Part shown: one piece after another, positions 28,461 to 37,876 of the stretch
Layout of the letters: each line of letters starts with the position of its first letter
How positions within the stretch are numbered: the first letter of the stretch is position 1
DNA from: an uncultured Chloroflexia bacterium
GTDB lineage: Bacteria > Chloroflexota > Limnocylindria > Limnocylindrales > CSP1-4
Reading direction: 5' to 3'
Length of the DNA stretch: 64,000 nucleotides
Assembly: GCA_963813335.1 (NCBI GenBank)
Contig: CAWEYL010000001.1
Location: 896,001 to 960,000, forward strand
Program-made: the position numbers and the translations under genes
Notes under the pieces: model-generated
Database searches by the model: none
The model's input: the letters and a program-made list of their open reading frames with translations, nothing else
Told to the model about the DNA's origin: nothing

Positions 28461-29817
28461 CGCGCTCGGCCGGCCGCTGATCGGCGGTGGCGGGCAGCTC
28501 GCCGTGGGCGACCCGCAGGACGAGCGAGGTGCCGGGGACCGCGTCGGCCGGGGATCGGACGATCGCCCCGTCCGCGGTGCGGCTCACGATCGCGTAGCCG
28601 CGCTCCAGTGTGGCCTGCGGACCGAGGACGGCCAGGGCGGCGGCGGCGGCGTCCAGGCTGGCGCGGGCATCCGCGCTCCGGCGGGCGATGAGGGCCGGCA
28701 GCCGGTCCGCCCGACCCACCCGGGTACGCCCGTCGGCGAGCCGCACCGTGACCGCCCGCGTCGCGCGGTCCAGGAGCAGGCCGACGCGCTCCCGCGTCGC
28801 CGCCAGCTGCGCCGCCGGACCGAGGCGGTCGAGCGCCCGGCGCTCCACGGCGAGGTCCCGTGCTGCCGCACCCACGCGGGCGGCGGTCGCGGCGGCGAGA
28901 CGCGATCCGGCCCGCCGCAGGGCGCCGAGCATCTCGGCGCGGTCGGGCACGACGATCTCGGCCGCGGCGGACGGCGTCGGTGCCCGGACGTCGGCGGCGA
29001 AGTCGGCCAGCGTCACGTCGACCTCGTGGCCCACCCCGCAGACCACCGGGATGGGGTGGGCGACCACCGCGCGGACCACTCGCTCGTCGTTGAACGGCCA
29101 GAGGTCCTCGAGCGACCCGCCGCCCCGGGCGAGGATCGTGACGGCCGGCGCCTCGCTCCCCCACCCCGCGTCCTCCAGCTCGGCCCGGTGGCGCTCCAGC
29201 CGGCGGAAGGCGGCGACGATGCTCGCGGGCGCGTCGGCGCCCTGCACCTGGGCCCCGACCAGGACGACGCGGACCAGCGGCCAGCGTCGGGCGAGCACGG
29301 TCGCGATGTCCTTCCAGACCGCGCCGGTGGGGCTGGTGATCACCGCGATGGTCGCGGGACGCGAGGGCAGCGGCCGCTTGCGGCCGGCGTCGAAGAGGCC
29401 CTCGGCGGCGAGCCGGGCCTTGAGCTCCTCGAAGCGGAGCGCCAGGTCGCCCATCCCGGCGGGCTGCAGCGACTCGACGTAGAGCTGGAGCGCGCCCTGC
29501 GGCTCGAACAGGTCCATCCGCCCGTGGACCACGACCCGGAGCCCGGACTGGGCCTCGAAGGCGGAGCGCAGCCGGTCGTCGCGGAACCAGACGCACTGGA
29601 GCTGGCTCTTCTCGTCCTTCAGGGCGAAGTAGGCGTGCCCCGCGGACGACACGGTCACCCGGCCGATCTCGCCCTCGATCCACAGGTCCGCGAGCCTTGG
29701 GTCCTCGCGGATCGCGCCGCGGACCGCCCGCGCGACCTCGGTCACCCCGAGGATCCGGACCCCGAAGGTCCCGGGCGCCGATGGCGCGGCTTGTTCGGTC
29801 GGCGACGGGCCGTCCAC
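28453..29817 (-). CDS. xseA: Exodeoxyribonuclease VII large subunit
   Basis: WIEGEI, GHAYFALKD, ITSPTGA, RGGGSLEDLW, GVGHEVD, APTPSAAAE. Confidence 0.95.
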   Translation of the reverse strand: MDGPSPTEQAAPSAPGTFGVRILGVTEVARAVRGAIREDPRLADLWIEGEIGRVTVSSAGHAYFALKDEKSQLQCVWFRDDRLRSAFEAQSGLRVVVHGRMDLFEPQGALQLYVESLQPAGMGDLALRFEELKARLAAEGLFDAGRKRPLPSRPATIAVITSPTGAVWKDIATVLARRWPLVRVVLVGAQVQGADAPASIVAAFRRLERHRAELEDAGWGSEAPAVTILARGGGSLEDLWPFNDERVVRAVVAHPIPVVCGVGHEVDVTLADFAADVRAPTPSAAAEIVVPDRAEMLGALRRAGSRLAAATAARVGAAARDLAVERRALDRLGPAAQLAATRERVGLLLDRATRAVTVRLADGRTRVGRADRLPALIARRSADARASLDAAAAALAVLGPQATLERGYAIVSRTADGAIVRSPADAVPGTSLVLRVAHGELPATADQRPAERDG

Positions 29818-29818
29818 C

Positions 29819-30376
29819 TCAGACGCGGGTCTGGTACTCGCCCGTTCGGGTGTCGACCCGGATCGTGTCGCCGATCTCCACGAAGATCGGCACGACCACG
29901 ACGAGGCCCGTCTCGGTGGTCGCGTTCTTGCGCGCCCCGGTCTGGGTGTCACCCGCGAAGCCCGGCTCCGTGTCCGCGACGACGAGGTCCACCGTGACCG
30001 GGAGCTCGACGCCGATCGTCTCGCCCTGGTAGCTGGTCCGGTCGAGGGTCATGCCGTCCTTGAGGTACAGGGCGGTCTCGCCGAGCTGCTCGGTCGTCAG
30101 GACGAACTGGTCGTACGTGTCGTTGTCCATGAAGTGGTGGTCGGCGCCGTCCGAGTAGAGGTACTGGACGGGCCGCTTCTCCATCGACGCGCGAGGCCAC
30201 TTCGTGCCGGCCTGGAAGCTGCGCTCGACCGTCTGGCCCCGCTTGATGTTGCGCAGGGTGATGCGGACCTGGGCGGACCCGCGTCCCATCTTGATGTGGT
30301 GGTAGTCGAGGATCTGCCAGAGCTCGCCGTCGAGCTCGATGGCCACGCCCTTGCGCAGTTCGCCGGTGCTGATCAT
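29819..30376 (-). CDS. efp: Elongation factor P
   Basis: HIKMGRGSA loop, TEPGFAGDT, K.ATTETG, VDTRTGEY. Confidence 0.96.
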   Translation of the reverse strand: MISTGELRKGVAIELDGELWQILDYHHIKMGRGSAQVRITLRNIKRGQTVERSFQAGTKWPRASMEKRPVQYLYSDGADHHFMDNDTYDQFVLTTEQLGETALYLKDGMTLDRTSYQGETIGVELPVTVDLVVADTEPGFAGDTQTGARKNATTETGLVVVVPIFVEIGDTIRVDTRTGEYQTRV

Positions 30377-30514
30377 GTCGTGGTGGGCTCCTGGGGACCG
30401 CTGGGCGCGCGCACGCGGGGCCGCTGGGTCGGTGGGTGATGTCCGCGCATTCTAGCCCGCCGTCCCGCCCGGGGTCCGCGCGGGTCGCCGCCCGCCCGCT
30501 ACCATCGCCCGACG

Positions 30515-32863
30515 ATGGCACGAGACCGAGCTGGGACCACCACGGCGGTTGGCTTCGACGCCGTCCTCGCGACCCCGCGTCCGGCGTTCCCGCCAAGGGA
30601 GGCTGCGGCGATCGCGGCCCGCACCTTCGGCATCGCCGCCGCCGACGCGCGCGACCTCGGCAGCGAGCGCGACCAGACGTTCCTGCTCCTCGACGCCGAC
30701 GGCCGCGGACTGGGCATCTGCAAGCTCTCCAACACCGCCGAGACCCCGGCGATCCTCGACATGGAGGCCGCGGCCGTCCTGCACGCCCGGCGGGTCGACC
30801 CGGACCTGCCGCTCGCGGTGCCGTGGCGCGTCCCCGGCGCGACCGACGATGGCCCAGCCTCGCGCCGGGCCCCTGTCGAGGGACCGACCGGGACCCATCA
30901 CGTCCGCTGCTACGACCTGCTGCCCGGCCGCCAGCGGAGCGACCCGCGCGACCTGTCCGACGCGGCCCTGGTCGCCTGGGGCGAGACCACCGCCCGGCTG
31001 GGCCGCGCGCTCCGGGGGTTCGCCGACCCGGCGCTCCTGCGCACGATGCTCTGGGACATCCAGCATGCCGCGCGGACGCGCGAGCTCGCGCCGGCCATCC
31101 GCGATCCCGGCCAACGAGACCTGGTGGAGCGCGTGCTCGACCGCTTCGAGGCCGTCGTGGTGCCCGCCTGGCCGGGCCTCCGGGCACAGGCCGTGCACAC
31201 GGACCTGACCACCGACAACGCCCTCGTCGACGACGCCGGGCGCATCAGCGGCATCGTGGACTTCGGGGACATGGCGTACTCGGCCCTGCTGGTCGACCTG
31301 GCCGGTGCGCTCGATTCGGTGCTCGACGACCGGCCCGGCGACGAGGTCTTCCGGGTGACCCGGCTGGTGCTGGACGGCTACCAGCGGTTCACCCCGCTCG
31401 AGCCGGTCGAGCTGCGCCTCCTCGGCGAGTTCGTGGCGACGCGGGCCGCGGTGACCATCGCCATCTCGGCCTGGCGGTCGGCGCAGGGCCTCGAGGATCC
31501 GGGCTTCGCGGAGCGCTACAACGCCAAGGTGGCGCGCACGGCGACGATCCTGCTCGAGACCGGCTGGGACGAGGTCGCCCGCCGGCTCGGCGCCGATGTG
31601 CCGACGACCGGCGTGGTACGCCTCGCCGAACGCCGCCGCGCCGCCCTCGGTCCGGCGCTCGAGGACCTGTCCTACGTCGAGCCGATCCACATGGTCGAGG
31701 CGAGCGGCGTGTGGATGACGGACGTCGACGGGCGACGCTACCTCGACGCGTACAACAACGTCCCGTGCGTGGGCCACGGCCATCCGCGGGTGACCGAGGC
31801 GATCGCCCGGCAGTCGCGCCGGCTCAACACCAACCTGCGCTACCTCCACGAGTCCGCCATCGTGCTGGCGGAGCGGCTGATCGCGACGTGCCCGCCCGGC
31901 CTCGACACGGTCTTCTTCGTCAACTCCGGCTCCGAGGCGAACGACCTCGCGTGGCGCCTGGCCACCACCGCTACCGGGCGGCGCGGCGGGCTGTGTACGG
32001 CGTTCGCCTACCACGGCATCTCGGAAGCGATCTCGGCATTGACCCCCGAGACCTGGCCAGGCGGCCGGACGCCGGCGCACGTCTCGACCTGGCAACCCCC
32101 GGACGCCCTCGCCGGCACGGACCTCGACGGCCGGGCCTTCCAGGACGCGCTCGACGTGCTCGACGCCCGCGGGACGCCGGCCGCCGCCGTGATCCTCGAC
32201 GGCGTGCTGACGAGCGACGGCTACCCGACCCTCGATGCCGACCTCGCGGAGACCTGGCTCGCGGCGGCCCGTCGCGCCGGCGCGCTGTGGATCGCCGACG
32301 AGGTCCAGGGCGGCCACGGCCGGACCGGCGACGCCATGTGGTCCTTCGGGCACCTGGGCCTGATCCCCGACATCGTCACCATCGGCAAGCCGATGGGCAA
32401 CGGCCACCCCGTCGGCGCCGTGATCACGCGGCGCGAGATCGCCCAGGCCTTTGCGGACCAGACCGTGTTCTTCAGCACGTTCGGCGGGAACCCGGTGGCG
32501 ATGGCCGCCGCACTTGCCGTGCTCGACGTCATCGAGGACGAGCGCGTCGTGCCCAGAACGGAGCGGGCCGGGGTCGCCCTGCGCCAGGCGCTCCGCGACG
32601 CCGCGGCGGGCCACGACGCGGTCCGGGACGTCCGCGGGGTCGGGCTCGCCATCGGCGTGGCCTGTCGCGACGGGGCGACGGCGCGGGCGATCAAGGAGGC
32701 GATGCGCTCGCACGGCGTGCTCGTCGGCTCGAGCGGGCGCCACGGCGACGTCCTGAAGATCCGGCCGCCGCTGGCCTTCACGACCGAGGAGGTCCCCATC
32801 GTGGTGACCGCGTTCGCGGAGGCCCTCGACACGGTCGGGAACGGGACAGCGGCCGCGGGTTGA
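30515..32863 (+). CDS. APH-like kinase fused to a class-III PLP aminotransferase-fold enzyme (putative amino-alcohol kinase/phospho-lyase)
   Basis: SERDQTF, HTDLTTDN and DFGD kinase motifs; YLDAYNNV, NSGSEAND, ADEVQGGHGR, TIGKPMGNG. Confidence 0.85.
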   Translation: MARDRAGTTTAVGFDAVLATPRPAFPPREAAAIAARTFGIAAADARDLGSERDQTFLLLDADGRGLGICKLSNTAETPAILDMEAAAVLHARRVDPDLPLAVPWRVPGATDDGPASRRAPVEGPTGTHHVRCYDLLPGRQRSDPRDLSDAALVAWGETTARLGRALRGFADPALLRTMLWDIQHAARTRELAPAIRDPGQRDLVERVLDRFEAVVVPAWPGLRAQAVHTDLTTDNALVDDAGRISGIVDFGDMAYSALLVDLAGALDSVLDDRPGDEVFRVTRLVLDGYQRFTPLEPVELRLLGEFVATRAAVTIAISAWRSAQGLEDPGFAERYNAKVARTATILLETGWDEVARRLGADVPTTGVVRLAERRRAALGPALEDLSYVEPIHMVEASGVWMTDVDGRRYLDAYNNVPCVGHGHPRVTEAIARQSRRLNTNLRYLHESAIVLAERLIATCPPGLDTVFFVNSGSEANDLAWRLATTATGRRGGLCTAFAYHGISEAISALTPETWPGGRTPAHVSTWQPPDALAGTDLDGRAFQDALDVLDARGTPAAAVILDGVLTSDGYPTLDADLAETWLAAARRAGALWIADEVQGGHGRTGDAMWSFGHLGLIPDIVTIGKPMGNGHPVGAVITRREIAQAFADQTVFFSTFGGNPVAMAAALAVLDVIEDERVVPRTERAGVALRQALRDAAAGHDAVRDVRGVGLAIGVACRDGATARAIKEAMRSHGVLVGSSGRHGDVLKIRPPLAFTTEEVPIVVTAFAEALDTVGNGTAAAG

Positions 32864-32878
32864 GCCGCAGCCGCTGTC
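32845..32878. terminator. Hairpin between convergent genes
   Basis: GACAGCGGC ... GCCGCTGTC inverted repeat. Confidence 0.45.
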
Positions 32879-32897
32879 GCTGATCGGGACGTATGGC

Positions 32898-33842
32898 CTA
32901 GTCGAACTGGACGGAGTCGACGATCTGCTGGATCTCGTCGGAGACCTCGGGGCTGGTGCCCTTGTACGTCTCGGCCTCGATGAAGACCCGACCGGCGGGC
33001 GCGTCCACGATCCAGATGGCGATGGTCTGGCCAGCCTCGCTGGCATAGCGCCAGCACGGGCCGGTGTCACCGCCGCATCCCGGCGCGTTGGACTCGAACC
33101 AGAGGTTGAACTTGTCGGGTGCGCACCCGAGCGTGTCGGGGAGCCTGAGCACGAGGTGCTTCGCGGGACGCCCGCCCACGGTGACGTCCGACGGGCCGGT
33201 GACGACCGTGACCTTGGGGATCGCGGCCACGGCGGCCGCGAGATCGGCCGCCGACGATCCCGGCGCGGTCGCCAGCGCCGTCGTGGTGCAGGGCACGGCG
33301 TTCACGTTGTCGACGTCCCAGAGGATGAACCACGAACCGGTGAGGGGCCCGTCGGCGGCGGCGGCGCCCCGGTTCATCGTCGACGGCACCGCGCCGATCG
33401 TGGTCCAGCCGGGTGCCGGGACCGCGAGCGAGAGCGGGACGCCGTTGACGATCCAGGGGTACCTCGTCCCGACCTTGAGGTCGGTCTCGCGCGGATAGTC
33501 GTTGGCGACGGGCGTCGCGGCGGGGGTCGGGACGGGCGTCGGCGACGGCGTCGGGGCGGGCGTCGGCGATGCAGTGGGCACGGCGCCGCCCCCTCCGACC
33601 CCAGCGCTCGCCGGCATCAGGTTGATCCCGACGACCACGACGACGACCACGGCGGCCGCGGCGACCAGGAGCTTGGCGTAGGCATTCATGTCGGCGATCC
33701 TCCGCGCCGGCCACCAGGAGCGGCGCTGTGGGGTCGTGTCCAGCAGGGCGAGGACGTGTTCCAGGACGCGGTCCGCGGATTCGTGCTCGTCCGTGCGCAG
33801 CCACGACCGGACGACGCGCGTGATGTCGGGATCGGCGCTCAT
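32898..33842 (-). CDS. Putative anti-sigma factor (short cytoplasmic domain, TM, Pro/Thr linker, extracellular domain)
   Basis: TGATG-coupled to the ECF gene; single TM LLVAAAAVVVVVVVGI. Confidence 0.65.
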   Translation of the reverse strand: MSADPDITRVVRSWLRTDEHESADRVLEHVLALLDTTPQRRSWWPARRIADMNAYAKLLVAAAAVVVVVVVGINLMPASAGVGGGGAVPTASPTPAPTPSPTPVPTPAATPVANDYPRETDLKVGTRYPWIVNGVPLSLAVPAPGWTTIGAVPSTMNRGAAAADGPLTGSWFILWDVDNVNAVPCTTTALATAPGSSAADLAAAVAAIPKVTVVTGPSDVTVGGRPAKHLVLRLPDTLGCAPDKFNLWFESNAPGCGGDTGPCWRYASEAGQTIAIWIVDAPAGRVFIEAETYKGTSPEVSDEIQQIVDSVQFD

Positions 33843-34399
33843 CAGATGACCTCCCGTACGGGTGGCCGGGAATCGGCCTCGAGCGCCGCGCGCAGCGCGC
33901 GCATCGCGTGATGCAGTCGGGAATGGGCCGTCCCGACCGGGATGCCGAGGATGTCGGCGACCCGATCGAGGGGCAGGTCGAGGTAGTGATGCAGGACCAC
34001 CACGGTGCGGTGATCGAGGGAAAGGCGATGGAAGCCGCGGTCGAGCTGGTCCCGATCGACGACCGAGCTCAGGCCATCGTCCGCGACCACCTCGTCGCTC
34101 GGCAGGAGCCGGAGGTTGGGCGCCCAGCGTCGTTCCTTCCGGCCCTCGGCGTAGCAGGCGCGCACGAGGAGTCGGTACGACCAGGCCTCGAAGCGGGCCG
34201 CGTCGCCGAGTCGCGGAAGGTCCCGCCAGATGGCGAGCAGCGCCTGCTGCGTCGCGTCCTCGGCGAGATCGATGTCGCGCAGGATCCTCCGCGACACCGC
34301 GAGGAACCGGTCGGCGACCGCGGTGGCCAGGAGGGTGTAGGCCTCCTTGTCACCTCGCTGGGCACGGACGACGAGATCGGTATCCACGGTCCCTTCCAT
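33842..34399 (-). CDS. ECF RNA polymerase sigma factor
   Basis: LVVRAQRGD, AEDATQQA, FEAW, VADILGIPVGTAHSRLHHA. Confidence 0.92.
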   Translation of the reverse strand: MEGTVDTDLVVRAQRGDKEAYTLLATAVADRFLAVSRRILRDIDLAEDATQQALLAIWRDLPRLGDAARFEAWSYRLLVRACYAEGRKERRWAPNLRLLPSDEVVADDGLSSVVDRDQLDRGFHRLSLDHRTVVVLHHYLDLPLDRVADILGIPVGTAHSRLHHAMRALRAALEADSRPPVREVI

Positions 34400-34518
34400 C
34401 CGACGTCATCGGCTTCGTCCGATGCGCGTCACCTGGTATGGGTCGTCCGGGTGTCGTTCTTTGTCAATCTTCCGTCGGCGATCCCGCCTGCGGAGCGCCG
34501 TGCCTGCGGATCGTCCGC

Positions 34519-34755
34519 TCAGTCGTCCTCTTTGAGCGCCCGCAGCCGGACCTGGTATTCGGTGGGGTCGATCTCGCCGCGGGCCAGCCGCGACTTGAGC
34601 TCCGCGACGGCCGGGTCCTCGCTCGCGGGGGCGCTCCGCCGGATCGCCCACACGATCACGCCGATCACGACCCCGGTGATGACCAGCGGCAGGATGATCG
34701 TGACCGCCATCGTGGCCACGATGAAGCCGCCGACGTCGAAGGGCAGAGGGTCCAT
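34519..34755 (-). CDS. Small membrane protein with SHOCT domain
   Basis: TM followed by LKSRLARGEIDPTEY. Confidence 0.8.
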   Translation of the reverse strand: MDPLPFDVGGFIVATMAVTIILPLVITGVVIGVIVWAIRRSAPASEDPAVAELKSRLARGEIDPTEYQVRLRALKEDD

Positions 34756-34788
34756 GGCACGCCAGCCTAGCGGCCGGCCGGGGCGCTG

Positions 34789-36006
34789 TCAGCCCCCGAC
34801 GACCAGCACCTCGCGAGGGAACCGGGTCAGGCGCTCGACCCGCTGCGCCTCGACGTCGAGCAGGACGAGATCCTCGATGCGAACGCCGGTCTCGCCCTCC
34901 AGGTAGACACCCGGCTCGACCGAGAAGACCGTGGGGCTCGGGAGCGGGCTCTCGGACGCGGCCTTGCCGAGGCTCGGCGCCTCGTGGGTCGCGAGGCCGA
35001 TGCCGTGCCCGGTCCCATGGCCGAAGTGCTCGGCATGGCCGCCCGCGGCGATGACCGACCGGGCGATCGCGTCGGCGGCCCGGCCGCTGATGGTGGTGCC
35101 CCCGGCCACGGCCGCCTCGAGCGCCTCGATCGCCGCCGACTGCGCCCGCGCCACGAGCTCGTAGACCTCGAGGTCGCGCGCCGTGGGCTCGCCGACGAAC
35201 AGCGTGCGGGTCATGTCGCTCCGGTAGCCCTCGACCTGCGCTCCGAAATCGAACAGCAGGACCGCGCGATCGAGCACGGGTCGGTCGCCCGGCGACCCGT
35301 GCGGCAGCGCGGCCTCCGGTCCGGCGAGGCAGGCGACATCGAACGCCAGCGCCTCCGCCCCGCCGGTCCGGATCAGCCACTCCAGCCGGAGCGCGAGGCT
35401 GTGCTCGGTGACACCGGCGCGGATCTCGGGCAGCAGCGCGGCGAGCGCGCGGTCGGCGACGGCGCATGCCGCGGCGACGCGCTCGAGCTCGGCCGGCTCC
35501 TTCGTAGCGCGGTCGGCCTCCAGCCAGCCCTCGACCGGGACCAGTTCGACGTCCGGGGCGGCCGCCGCGAGGCGGGTCCAGGTCGCGTGGGAGACGAACC
35601 CGGCCTCGACCGCGACCCGGCGCGCGCCGATCGAGCCGACGAGGTCCGGCCAGCGCTGGTCGAGGTTGCCGTAGACGTCGGTGATGCGGGCGTCGGGTGC
35701 CTCGCGGCGGGCCTGGATCGCGTAGCGCGAATCGGCCAGGAGCACGACCTCGTCGGCACCCACGAGGAACTGGCCCGACGTGCCGGCCGACTTCTCCTCG
35801 CCCTCGCCGAAGGCCAGGCCGGTCAGGTAGCGGGCGTGCTCGGGCCGCACGCCGAAGTAGGCGTCGACGCCGGCCGCGGCCCAGCGAGCGCGCAAGCGGG
35901 CCAGCCGGGCGGGCCGGGCTGCGCGGTCAGCCGCCGCCCATCCGGCTCGTCGCGTCGCGTCCGGCGGCGGATCGAAGTCCGCGTGGACCGGCCACGAGCC
36001 GGTCAT
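34789..36006 (-). CDS. Xaa-Pro aminopeptidase (M24B)
   Basis: DFGA...SDMTRT, HGTGHGIGL..HE, SVEPGVY, GVRIED. Confidence 0.92.
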   Translation of the reverse strand: MTGSWPVHADFDPPPDATRRAGWAAADRAARPARLARLRARWAAAGVDAYFGVRPEHARYLTGLAFGEGEEKSAGTSGQFLVGADEVVLLADSRYAIQARREAPDARITDVYGNLDQRWPDLVGSIGARRVAVEAGFVSHATWTRLAAAAPDVELVPVEGWLEADRATKEPAELERVAAACAVADRALAALLPEIRAGVTEHSLALRLEWLIRTGGAEALAFDVACLAGPEAALPHGSPGDRPVLDRAVLLFDFGAQVEGYRSDMTRTLFVGEPTARDLEVYELVARAQSAAIEALEAAVAGGTTISGRAADAIARSVIAAGGHAEHFGHGTGHGIGLATHEAPSLGKAASESPLPSPTVFSVEPGVYLEGETGVRIEDLVLLDVEAQRVERLTRFPREVLVVGG

Positions 36007-37379
36007 ATGTAGCCGTACTTCTTCAGCAGCTTCTGGAACGCGGCGTTGTCCTTGGCGAAGGCGTGCGTGCCACCGCCGTCCGGGATGGCCACGAAGTACA
36101 GGTTCTTGTCCTTCGTGTCGGGCTCGAGGGCCGCGTCGATCGACGGCAGCGTCGGCGTGGCGATCGGCCCCGGGACCAGCCCCGGGTTGAGGTAGGTCTG
36201 GTAGCCCTGCAGCTCGGGCGGCAGGACGACCTCCTTCATCGGCACGTCGGGCAGCGTCCAGAAGACGTACTTCTGCCACTGGTCGAAGTCGATCTTGCCG
36301 AGCTCGACCGTGTCGTTGGCGTAGATGACCGTCGGGTCGGCGTTGAGGATCTTGTTCTTGATGCCGGGCAGCCCGTCGATGCGGTTCTGGTAGACGCCGG
36401 CGATCAGCGCGCGCTCGTCGTCGAGGACGGCCTCGCGCTCGACGATGGAGGCCAGGGTCAGCACCCCGTAGAAGTCGAGGCCGCGCTCCTTCGGGACCGC
36501 GAGGCGCTCCGGGCCGACGTTCTTGATGAAGTTGTCCAGCATCAGCCGGACGAGCTCATCGGCGGTGGTGTCCGGGAGGACCTTGTACGAGGCGGGCCAG
36601 AGGAAGCCCTCGAGCGAGACGCCGGGATGGTCCTTGAGCACCGCCTTGAGCCACGGGTAGTCGTCCAGCAGCGCCTTGGGCGGCTTGGTGACCTCGTCGT
36701 AGAAGTCGTGCGGGTCCATCTGGAGCGGCAGCGTCTGGAGCTTGGCGGTCACCTGCTCGAGCCGGAGACCGGTCCGCAGCGCGATGTCGACGTACGGGAC
36801 CGCGGGCGGGTCGAGGAGCGCCGTGACGAGGTCGTTGGGGATCATGTTCTTGCGCAGCAGGAAGGTGCCGGCCTGCAGCGCGTTCTCCTTGCCGCGATCG
36901 CTCGCGAGGAGGACGAAGGCCCGCGCGTCGCGGAGGAGCCCGTCGTGCTGCAGCCGGGCCGCGATCGTCGAGGCCGTATCGCCCTGCTCGACGACGAACT
37001 CGACCTGCGCCGGGTCGCTGGCCGCCGGCTGGGTGAGGGCGGGACCGAGGTCGTCGCGCACGATGTCGTGGACGAACGGCAGCTCGAGCGCGGCGGGATT
37101 GTCGGCCGCCCAGCCCACGACCGCGCTGGTGACCAGCGGGCGGAGGGCGGTGATGGCGAGGATGAGCACGATCCCGGCGAGCACGAGGGCGAAGAGCAGG
37201 AAGCGCAGCAGGCCGCCGACGCCGTGGCCGCCGCCGGGGCCGCGATCGCGCCGGCCGCCGCCGCCGCGGGTCGGCTCGACCCAGGTCGGCTCATCGGCGG
37301 TGGCGTAGGCGTCGGGGTCATAGGGATGGGCCTGGGTGCCGCGGCCATCCCGGGGGCGTCCGCCGGAGCGGATCGTCAT
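36003..37379 (-). CDS. mltG: Endolytic transglycosylase MltG
   Basis: Single TM, LEGFLWPASY, LASIVERE, ADPT, GLVPGPIATP, LYFV. Confidence 0.93.
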   Translation of the reverse strand: MTIRSGGRPRDGRGTQAHPYDPDAYATADEPTWVEPTRGGGGRRDRGPGGGHGVGGLLRFLLFALVLAGIVLILAITALRPLVTSAVVGWAADNPAALELPFVHDIVRDDLGPALTQPAASDPAQVEFVVEQGDTASTIAARLQHDGLLRDARAFVLLASDRGKENALQAGTFLLRKNMIPNDLVTALLDPPAVPYVDIALRTGLRLEQVTAKLQTLPLQMDPHDFYDEVTKPPKALLDDYPWLKAVLKDHPGVSLEGFLWPASYKVLPDTTADELVRLMLDNFIKNVGPERLAVPKERGLDFYGVLTLASIVEREAVLDDERALIAGVYQNRIDGLPGIKNKILNADPTVIYANDTVELGKIDFDQWQKYVFWTLPDVPMKEVVLPPELQGYQTYLNPGLVPGPIATPTLPSIDAALEPDTKDKNLYFVAIPDGGGTHAFAKDNAAFQKLLKKYGYI

Positions 37380-37876
37380 GTGCTGGTCTCCGGTGCGTCG
37401 TCGTGGGTGCGGGGCATGGACGAACGATGCCCTGCGCGTGTGTCGAGCTCGTCCTGGAGGATGATCGCCGCCGCTTCCCGATCCACCCGTGCCCGGTAGG
37501 CGTCGCGCTGGGTCTTCGAGGGCGGCCCGCCCGACCGTCCGCGCTGCATCGGACCGAGGCGGTCCTCCGCGAGCTGGCTCGTCAGGCGCTCGTCGCGAAA
37601 GGTTAGCGGCAATCGCAGATCCGCGGCGACGGCGTCGGCCCAGGCGATCGTGATCGCCGCCTGGCGGCCGGTCTCGCCGGAGGCCTCCAGCGGGAGGCCG
37701 ACGACCAGCTCGTCGATCCCGTGGGCATCCACGAGCGCCCGGAGCGCGGCCACGTCGCCGGCGAGGTCACGGGCACGGCGCACCGTCGTGAGCGGCCGTG
37801 CCGGCACGCCGTCGCCATCCGAGATGGCGATGCCGACACGGCGCTCCCCGAGGTCGACCCCCAGGAGCCGCGTCAC
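37376..37876 (-). CDS. ruvX: YqgF/RuvX nuclease
   Basis: LGVDLGERRVG, VVGLP, DERLTS, DREAAAIILQ. Confidence 0.93.
   Translation of the reverse strand: MTRLLGVDLGERRVGIAISDGDGVPARPLTTVRRARDLAGDVAALRALVDAHGIDELVVGLPLEASGETGRQAAITIAWADAVAADLRLPLTFRDERLTSQLAEDRLGPMQRGRSGGPPSKTQRDAYRARVDREAAAIILQDELDTRAGHRSSMPRTHDDAPETST

Noticed and set aside
33520-33570. Repetitive GGCGTCGG tracts (also ~1590-1670 and ~4000-4035)
   Set aside because: They encode Pro/Thr-rich protein linkers, not DNA-level elements
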